Positions 54,494 through 64,000 of a stretch of DNA of 64,000 bases are shown one piece after another (the stretch's first letter is position 1; each line of letters starts with the position of its first letter). The notes under the pieces were generated by a model. That model made no database searches. It was not told where the DNA came from and worked only from the letters and a program-made list of their open reading frames with translations. A program made the translations under genes and the position numbers. The DNA is from Chrysomallon squamiferum (taxonomy: Eukaryota > Animalia > Mollusca). The stretch covers positions 15,562,001-15,626,000 of the forward strand of contig CM022679.1 of assembly GCA_012295275.1 (NCBI GenBank), read 5' to 3'.

Positions 54494-56771
54494 AAAAACA
54501 CACACTGTTCTTTACATAAAACATTCAATTATTCAAACATGGCTTATTGAAATTTGTGACTTATTATTCTGTTTGGAAGTGTCAGTCTGTGAGAAACACA
54601 CATTTAATCCGCCGATAATTTCCAAACATCAAGACCCCCTGTTCCAGTGACTTTCATACACCAAACACTATTCACTTCAAAAAACTTACGAACGCTAATA
54701 TTTTGCAAGCAACAATGACTAACGTTGAAAATATTGACCTCGCCTACTATTTTCTCCCGTCATTACTCAAAAGGAGCCTGTTCGATTGTGCGTTAACTTG
54801 TGTTTATCAAAACAAGTTTAATGATTGGACGGCAGTGGCTGTCAAACACTTCCGGTGCCGCTTGTGCATTTGCGCTAAACTTCAAAGAAAGTTTTTGCTT
54901 TAATAATCCCATTGTCCCGAAGCCAGTAATTTGTATTTAATACTCGGATTATAGATTTGTTTAACACGATTTTTACTTCTTCTTTTTTTTTTTTAATTAT
55001 GAATGTTTTTTCTGCTCCTTTGTATGTCATACAAAATGTATTTAAAATATGCATGTGTGTTAAAGTTAAAAATCCCATATTAGAAATATTAAAAAAGTGT
55101 AATACACTTCGTCTATCTTTTCAGATTAAAAAATTCCACAGTCGCCGAGCATCAGATGTAATAATTCCAGAATACCTTGCGGGTACATCTCAGAAAGGAA
55201 TTGAAAAAGGAGAATTCGGTTGCTGAAAATAGGAAATACTTTTAAAACTTTTTTTTTTTTTTTTTTTTTTTTAAAGAAGCAAAAAATAAAAAAGTAAAAA
55301 AGAAGAAGAAAAACTCAAATACTGAAGATTATATCAATTTCTGTTCTGGAGCCAAAATTCTTAAAAAATAGAGAACTTATGAATTTAGATTACTTTACGG
55401 GTTCGAACACGTACATAAATATATTCTGTGCATATCATCCACGTTAATATTATTTTGATACTACATACAGATTTTTCTTAACAAAAATGTATCGTAATAA
55501 CACAAGAAACTCACGAGGACAGTATGTCCTTTTGTTTTTGCTCGTACATACAAATTTAAGAGGTAAAAAACAAATTAAACCGAAACGAATAGCTGAAAAT
55601 ATAAAACTTGCAGTAATTTACAAAGTCTTCAGAGAAAAAAAAATATATATCAACACACATACATCCTCATGAGTTTGTTATTTTATTGATATTCTTTGTT
55701 ATTTGTAAAATCTGGTGATGAAAAACAAATAAATCTTGATAATATGCAGAATATATTTAGATCATTTGTAGTACCACTTAAATTATATCTGAATCCTGCA
55801 GTTAAAACAACAATAATAACAAAAAAAATAAAAAAAAAAAAAAAAGGAAAAAGAAAAAGGAAACCAAGAATAACAACAACGAACAGACAAACAATCAGAA
55901 TTAAAAAAAGAAATGAAATAATCTATCTGTCTGTCTGTATGATCATCCGTTCGTTCTTGCGACTGTCTCTGTCTGTCTGAAATCTGAAAAACATCGAGAG
56001 CTTCCATCGACTTCGATCACAGAGAAGTTAAATAACTCGTTAAAGTGATCGCAAGACGTAACGAACTGTGACTATTATCCAGTTTAATACCATCCCAAAT
56101 TGTGTTAGTAAATATATCCTAATGCAGCTTGACTTATCCAGTTAGCAGTGCAGGAACAACATACAAACCATACCGCAATGCTACATTTTTCTCTTCTATA
56201 ATACTTAAGCCAGAAAACGTATGTCTGCAAATAGTTTTTCTCCCTTTGTCATACTTCTTTATATTTCCTTATATATTTTTTTTTTCTGTAGTTAGTTTTC
56301 ATACACTTCTCTCACGTATCACTTTATTCACTCAACTGAACGCACCTATAAATCAATCAACGCTTCGCTTTTTCGTGTCCATCTCTTCAGTTGTCTCTCT
56401 ATCTTTCTGTCCAGATCTGGAACGCGCTTTTTACGTCATCGCATGCATGCATCCTTTCTTTTCTTCGTCCGATCTCGAATTCGTTGCGTTCATTCTGTTT
56501 GTAATTCGTTCTCTTCTTCTTTTCATTGTTCATTCACTTTTGTTCATAAATTAGCTTCACTTTGTAATGTATTAAGTCTTAAGTAAATAAAACTGTTGAC
56601 TTCATGTCAGTCTGACTTCCCGGTGAATCAAGCCTGCAGTGACTCCATCCATGTATTAACACAGACAAATATTTAGACACCAATAAACCGCCGGCTTATT
56701 AACCTCAAGACACAATTTCAATGATTTGTTAATTACAAACCACTGAAATGGACGGGGCCTTCCGGCCAGTA

Positions 56772-56785
56772 GTTTCCATGGTAAC
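56772..56785. promoter_or_regulatory. RFX X-box GTTTCCATGGTAAC
   Basis: Near-perfect palindromic X-box. Confidence 0.45.
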
Positions 56786-57309
56786 CGTCAATGAAATGTT
56801 TTATTGGAATATGATTCTGCTAGTCTTTTTCTGGTTAAGGGTTTTATAAGAATGATAATGCACAGATTTCTGTTGTTTTGTAGATATACACTGCCATGAG
56901 TAACTGATTTCTGGTGTATAATAAAAACGATCATTGCAGTGAAAGATGTGAGGTATGTTAGAATTTCCAAAGTTGAAATTCTGAACGAAATACGTTGAAG
57001 CATTTAAATCAGACGAAAGAGGGTGAGAAAAATCAGAGCAAGGAGAGGAAGAAGATAATATCTAGTCAATAACTGTTTAGCATAATTCACTGCTATGTAC
57101 ATGTAGTACTTCATGCATTAGCCAGCATTTAAGTTACAAAGTATGATCTGACAGCTAGAACATGGATTGAGAACAATTGTTTGCAAGGGAAATAAATAAT
57201 TCTAAAAAACTTACACATATAATGCCTATAATTTGGTTTGAAACAAAAAAACAACAACAATTGTTTAGCATTAACATACTTCACCATGATACTTCAGTTG
57301 ATCAGTAAC

Positions 57310-57510
57310 TATATGTAACTTTCACCAGATAGGAAAGCACATACCAAGGCTTTTCAGCGCAGTAACCGTGATGCACTGATTAGATTGAGGAGGACAGATA
57401 CAGCGACCTGTCACCTTTGAGGCAAATTCTTTAAAAGTTACGCCCTTCTCCGTCACGTCATCCGATGACCACGGCGAGCATTGATCCCTTGAGCCACCAC
57501 GCCTCGAGCA
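57310..57510 (-). mobile_element. Degenerate SINE-like copy
   Basis: Reverse complement of 57476-57510 (TCGAGGCGTGGTGGCTCAAGGGATCAATGC) matches 62550-62580; AGATAGGAAAGCACATA resembles 48422-48438. Confidence 0.5.
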
Positions 57511-57747
57511 GCCTGAAAGTGAGGACACAGCACGATCTAGATCTGTACAAAGCATCACACACCGCCGATAATAATGACATGAAGTTATGTCTGCAAAACA
57601 GATTTATTTCTCAGTTTATTTTTCACCAGTTTCAAAAACAGCACCCTAAACTATAATGATACCAATTTCAGTTCATATATTTTATGCTTGTGAAAACAGG
57701 GAAATGTTTACATCGCTAATCAATCATTAGCCGTTCTTTGTATATCG

Positions 57748-57816
57748 CAGGGAGCGCTGCACATTCACTGGTTGGGAACTGGCCTGAGGCTCGAAGGGTC
57801 GCAAGATCAATCCTTA
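57748..57816 (+). mobile_element. SINE-like tRNA-derived head fragment
   Basis: GGCCTGAGGCTCGAAGGGTCGCAAGATCAATCC; B-box-like end shared with other copies. Confidence 0.45.
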
Positions 57817-59853
57817 TTTCACGCAAGGATTTTTCTTTTTTTACTTCTGTCAATACATATCAATAAGCATACAACCAGTCTTCTCTGTTTGTCGATAATA
57901 TCAGCCCATTAAATAGAAGCATTTACAGATTCCATCATATTACAAAGAAAGAATGTTGACCACCGGAAATTTACCGTTATAAGTGAAGTGACCACGTAGG
58001 AACTTTGTAAAAAATGTTTAAAAAAAAAAAATTAAAAAAAATATTGACTATTGTAAGTTGTGGATTCCAGACCTCTAACTTTCAGGAACGCTTTGTGAAG
58101 GGTATATCCTGCATTGACGTATTGTTAAACATTCGTTCACTGAGTATATAACCAGACTGATAAAATATTATGGAAATGGCTTAAAGATCTGTTGATTGAA
58201 ATGTCTCCCAATACATTTCAGTTAAATATTTAAACCCGAACAATAAATTAACTGAAAAATAATTCTTAATGAAGAAATTTTTCTTTTCTGTTAAATCCTA
58301 TTACAATAACTAACCACCAGTTTAATATGCATGTACTTATATTCATCCAAATTTTCATTTATTCCATTCGTTCGTTATTCCTATCCTTCAATACAAAACT
58401 GGAAAAAACCGTTACAGAACTCTCTTTCTGCATGTTTTCTCTAAAAGGTAAGCTAAATTAAACTAAACAACTTCAGTCTAGGAATAGAAGGAAAGTTTCA
58501 TCTGCGTTGAAACCCTGAGGGTTCAATTGTAACTACATCACTGGATCTACGTCAGTGCCAGCGCCAAATCAAAACCGTTCAACTGAATGATACGACCTCA
58601 GCGTCTAGACATCCAACATCACACAGAAACGTTTTTAAACTTCTTTTAAATTTATAGTTTAAGTGTTGTAAGCTTGTTCATCTTTTGTACATTTTAAAAT
58701 ATTTTTATAGCTGTTTTTGAGTTAATCTTCATCTCTGTTAGTTTTATATTTATTAGTCTTAGTCTGACTGTTATGTAATCACGTACATCTAAATATACAT
58801 AGAGCAACACAATATAAATTTGTCAATTTGTCGCTCCTTCCCTACAAAAAGGTTTATTTCTCTATATTTCTCAGTTGGTCAATCTTCATGTCTCTCTCTC
58901 TCTGTAGTGAAACAAATGCTTTCTCTCTCTTCCTCATTCGCATTTTGTACTCACTTTCTCTCTCTCTATCTTTAATTTCGCAATTTCATTCTACTTTTTC
59001 ACTCCTAAGCTCGCGTTTTTTTCTCTCTGTTTGACTTTCTTCCGATCTCTCGATCCGAAAATGAAATTTTAACCAGAAATTATCTTAATGTTTTGCTTCA
59101 GAACTTTTAAAAAACAGTTTAGCGCTGTAATGCCTTCAACGGCGAACTCCTACCGCCTTGAAACTCTCTGAATTTTAATGCTCAAAAGAGATACTACCGG
59201 ACGACAAGAACATAATTAGATTTGAGCGGAACAAAGAGAACCACGTGCAAAATAAAGCAACAACGACAACTATTTAAAAATCGAAGTGAAAAGTGCCTGA
59301 ATCCACACCTCGCTGACAAACCTTGTTACCAGTGCATTTCTCTGTTCCCTTTTCACGTTGCCAGTACAGTGATATGATTAGTGCAGCAACGCAAACGACA
59401 CCAGTCGGGCCGCAAACAGCGCCACTGTGCCACGTGTTATAGAACTGCCAAATGCGATCTTTGGCCCTCGGTAATGGCAGAATGAAATTTTGAGCTTGAA
59501 AGCCTATGACTGACCAAGCATTAATGTGATCGTGTAATGATTATTACAGTAGAAATGTCACAGAGTATGATGACGTACCTCACAGTTCTGTTCTTATTTT
59601 TGTCACAAGATGTTAACACTGAAACAAGAAGAGAGAAGAAGATGACATTATTTTGTGGTATATAGTAGTATTCATTCGAGTATATGGGTTGTTTTGTTGT
59701 TTTGATCATTAACTTTCGTGAAATTTCTCATTGTAGCATTGTTTTTTCGAAACAAAACCAGACAACTTGCAAACTTTTAAAAACTTTCGATTAAAACCTT
59801 TTAGTTTTTATTATTGTTCTTAGTGATATGCCTACCTCAGTTCGGTGGTTAGT

Positions 59854-59857
<4 letters not shown>

Positions 59858-59906
<49 letters not shown>

Positions 59907-59927
59907 ACAGAGACACAAACACACACA
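59858..59927. repeat. (CA)n microsatellite
   Basis: Directly visible. Confidence 0.95.
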
Positions 59928-61102
59928 CGTTCGCACATAAGACATACATACTTATATACAAGGACACAGCTAAATAATCGTTGCATGCAACAACACGTAC
60001 TTCTTCGAACTTAGTACATACGTATATAAATTTCTTTATAAACTTTTATCCTTAATATTTTTGTAAATTCTCTAGGGATTTTGTTTTTTTCCACTAGCAA
60101 CTTAAACTAAAGAAGGAACTAATAAAGTTATTAAATCGGGTCCAAAAGCGTCAATAAAAAAGAGAAATTGTCTCTAATGTCTATGTTCATCTGCTCTAAC
60201 CTCCGTATCTATGTTACTCTGACCTTTGAAGGTTTGTGAGCGATTCTGCTGAGGGTGATTATTTATTACTCGAAACCATCCATTTCTGCCCGTATCGAAG
60301 TACAGAGATTTAATCTCCGTGTCCAAATTGGAGCCCTTCTTATCTCCTTGGACACAAATAACAGATGTAGAATCTAGCGTAGGTTTATTCGTTTTTCCCC
60401 CTAAAGTGGCTACTCTGTGGTTATCTGTGATTTCCTTACAAAAGTTCGGTTGCTTTTAAATCCCGGATTCGTGTTGAAACGTCTTTGATCGACATACGCT
60501 TGGACACATGATGACCATTTGGCGACTGGTCGACCAAGAAGTGTTTCACATCCTAGAACTTTAAAAAAAATACATTGTTGACCTGGAGATCCCCAGGATT
60601 AATCTCTTAAACCATTCGTAACCTTAGACATGGTCTCTATGATTCTAAATGTCCGTGAAACAAAACCGATTTTAAAAGCGGACACGGATATCGTGATTGT
60701 GACCTTTACTTTTGGCAAGTTGTGTTATTTTGACGGTACTTACTCAGTTAACAATGCATTATGACAGTGTGTGGTCTATGGAAGAGCAGTTAAATTGGCC
60801 TGTGGACTATCAGGTTATTGGAATTCCGTGACACGGCAATATCTACAAACGGTTGTCTCTTTATCTGTCGATCCTTAAACGCTAATTAATCACAAGCCTA
60901 CTCACGTGTGATTGTCACACATTTTCTAATTGTTGTTGCTCTTCTGGACAAAATGACATTCCACACATTCTTTTTTATCTATTTGTTTTTAGCTGTATTT
61001 TCTTGTTGTGATTAGATATCCTTCTGTGTTTCTTTCTACCCCTCAGACTATTTCTCCTTCCACTCCCTATTTTGATAGATATATATATACATATATGTAA
61101 AT

Positions 61103-61210
<108 letters not shown>

Positions 61211-62175
61211 AGAACCTAATATATATGAATATATATATATAAGTGTTGTTAAATAATTATTTCGTGTAGTTCAACTTCATAATTTGTAATTCCTTTCATT
61301 TCTTCTTTCTTTCTGTTTTGTGGCAGCAGATTTACTTTCTATATAAACCTTAGCCATCATCTGTGAAGCGATATTTCTTAGATTATAAGTGTGTTGCTTC
61401 GAAAAAAATAAAACATTTCTTCTTCTTTCCTTCATTTCCTACTTTCTTCCTTTCGTGTTTTAAAGTATTCTTGAATTATTGACTGCAATAACTTCTAATA
61501 TTCAGAATGTCAACAAAACAGTAAAAAAATACTTTCAAGTTATTTGTTGCTTTTTTGCTCTAACACTGGAAAAAGTATTTTATATGCAAACCCAATAAAC
61601 CAACGGCTATTGCATTTTAAGCTCTGTGTTTTTTTGCTTTTTGTTTTGTTTTTATTTATCTTTAAAATAAATCGAATCATCAAAACTAATAAACCGAAAG
61701 CAATCTGAAAAAGATACAAGTTTGAAATCAAAATTTTAAACGAATATCTCGAAACTTTTAACAAAATAATCATTAGCAAAAATTGTGATACTGGGCAAAA
61801 TCTTGAGAACGGGATATGACGTTATTTTCTTAAGAAAATAAAAATCTTCAGAATTGGTGTTATGGATAGATATTAAAAGGATATTTGATTTGATCGATTA
61901 AGAATTTAATAAATTTTCTGTTATTAAATTATTAAATTATGAAAACATTATTATTCTTTGGAAATACTTCAGAGTTCAAATTTATCCGATTGTGAGGGAC
62001 AATGTTATTAATTTCTAGATAAAGATCCCGTTAAACCGATTATTTTATACATTTATCTGTTTAGTAAAATTATACACACACAGACAAACATACATGCGCT
62101 CTTGTGTGTTATAATATTTGTTTTAAAACTACATTTTTGATGTTTTATATAGATTCATGCAAATAATAATTAAAA

Positions 62176-62233
62176 AATAAAATAAAATAAAATAAAATAA
62201 AATAAAATAAAATAAATAAATAAATAAATAAAT
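62176..62233. repeat. (AAAAT)n(AAAT)n tract
   Basis: Directly visible. Confidence 0.93.
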
Positions 62234-62544
62234 ATATAAAATTTATAAAAATTACAAAGGACTGAATAAAAAACTGAGCACAATATTTTATACTAACATT
62301 TTAATGATTAATGATTAAGACAAGAGTTTGTAAAAATAAGTAAATAAATAATTACATAAAATAACAAAACAAAACAAAACAAAATAAAATTCAGGCCTAA
62401 ATAACAAAACAAAACAACAAAAGTTATTTGTTACTTTATTATTCTTTAACATTTTTTACATTTAAGAAATTTTTTCTTTTATGTCTGAAATAAGATAACG
62501 TGAAAATATTTTACATTTAAATATGACATCTTACCAATACTAAA

Positions 62545-62600
62545 CTCTACTGAGGCATGGTGAGTCGAAGGATCAAAGCCCCTCGCAGATTTCCCAGGCG
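62545..62600 (+). mobile_element. SINE-like head fragment
   Basis: CTGAGGCATGGTGAGTCGAAGGATCAAAGCCCCTC matches the head fragments at 57476-57510 (reverse complement) and 57781-57815. Confidence 0.45.
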
Positions 62601-63039
62601 TTTTCACCTCCCTTCTCTGTCTTACAGAACCCATCAAAGACGACGACAACGGCATTCCAGTAACAGCCTTGATGTAACAGATCCGTTGCTTACATTCAGT
62701 TAGTGTACCATGGTGTAAAAAAAGGGAGTTTCCTTTTTGATTTTATGTTTGATATCTTATCTCATCTGATATCAGAATGAGCTGAAGTGTTGGTAATTAT
62801 ACATAGTTCAATTTATTACTGACATATTAACATACTAACACATTCGAATCATCGTAATCTGCGGACTTAGGTAATAACAGACTATGAGTTCAGGGAGAAG
62901 TGCTGAGATTGTTGGTCTGTGATGTCAGAGGTTCCTGGTCGAACATGTGCGTTTGTCGACTTGTTTCCCTTTAGAGCCAAGTCTACTACAGCAGCTTTAC
63001 CTCTTTCTTTGCTTTTTAGTGTGTTGGAAGATTCATATA

Positions 63040-63270
63040 CATTCATTGGTTCATTCATTCATTCTTTAAGTCATTAGTTTATTCCTTCCTTCACTGATTC
63101 ATTAGTTTATTCAATCGTTTTTAATTCCTCGACTGACTGATTCATTAGTTTATTCACTCATAACGTCCGTTTATTAGTTTATTCCTTTCTTCCATCATTC
63201 GTTTATTAACTGGTTTATTCATTACTTCACCCACTGAGTGATTAATTCATTGGTTTATATATTCATTCTG
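63040..63270. repeat. Degenerate minisatellite (core TCATTAGTTTATTC)
   Basis: Core recurs near 63071, 63099, 63142, 63172, 63210 and 63248. Confidence 0.8.
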
Positions 63271-63774
63271 TCATTTAACAACGAGTATTATAAGTCATCT
63301 CTGAAAAAGACTGGTTATGTAACTAGAAGGAACAAATTAGTTAAAAATATTTTCATTTATTTTCATTTATTTTTGTTTTATTATTTTAATAAACTTAAAT
63401 AAACTGTCACCTTTTGCCCAGAATAAAATTCAGACCAGTTTGGTTACCAATTCTTGATTTATGGAACCTCAAACAGAATCATGTGTTAAACACGGGCAAA
63501 CAACACTTTAAAAATAATTTATTTAGCAAGAAACATGAAGCCATTCTATTTTAACTTGCTGAATTAATAACAAACTCTAGTGTTTGTCACAGACATTGTA
63601 AATGATAATAAATGAGATGCAGTGGAATATCAAGTTTATACGCCTTTGAAAATATACTACGTAAAATAAGATAGGGAACCCACGAATATCAGTAACATGA
63701 TAAATACATTTTTATAATACTTTTATAGTTAATTATGTATCAAGCTTTAGTAATGGAAAGAATAATAAGCTGAT

Positions 63775-63880
63775 ATTTATTTATTTATTTATTTATTTAT
63801 TTATTATTATTATTGTTGTCGTTATTGTTGTTATTGTTGTTGTCGTCGTCGTCGTTGTTGCTGTTGTTGCTGCTGTTGCT
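63775..63880. repeat. Graded compound microsatellite (TTTA)-(TTA)-(TTG)-(TCG)-(CTG)
   Basis: Directly visible. Confidence 0.9.
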
Positions 63881-64000
63881 GATGGTGCCAAAATTGATGT
63901 TGTAGTGATTCTGCTAATTCCACTGTTACTGTTGTTGCTGATAATTCACAACTTCTCTTTTCTTTGGTTTGTCTTGCTGCTGTTGCTGCTACTTGACAAA

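Noticed and set aside
62900-62950. tRNA-like segment ending GGTTCCTGGTCGAAC
   Set aside because: No cloverleaf or acceptor stem can be formed; at best another decayed SINE head

Overview
This is AT-rich eukaryotic (invertebrate animal; mollusc/gastropod-like by inference) intronic or intergenic DNA. I can recognise no complete protein-coding gene, rRNA, tRNA or CRISPR array. Almost all of the supplied ORFs are microsatellite read-throughs or chance ORFs. The dominant structure is a quasi-regular alternation, roughly every 0.8-1.5 kb, of GC/CpG-richer unique-sequence islands with compound microsatellite and poly(A/T) tracts. The islands hold several kinds of signal. (1) Scattered, degenerate fragments of one tRNA-head SINE-like family. 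(2) Close matches to animal transcription-factor motifs: RFX X-boxes, palindromic GATA sites, nuclear-receptor DR1, TCF/LEF, YY1, ETS and CRE-like sites. (3) Isolated splice-signal candidates: a 15-nt plus-strand microexon at 21190-21204, minus-strand first-exon/donor candidates near 44.0, 15.9, 13.4 and 7.8 kb, and a plus-strand multi-exon unit with little coding capacity at about 49.1-50.3 kb. All gene-structure calls were made by eye and need RNA-seq. The plus- and minus-strand exon candidates overlap in span, so either both strands are transcribed or some calls are false.
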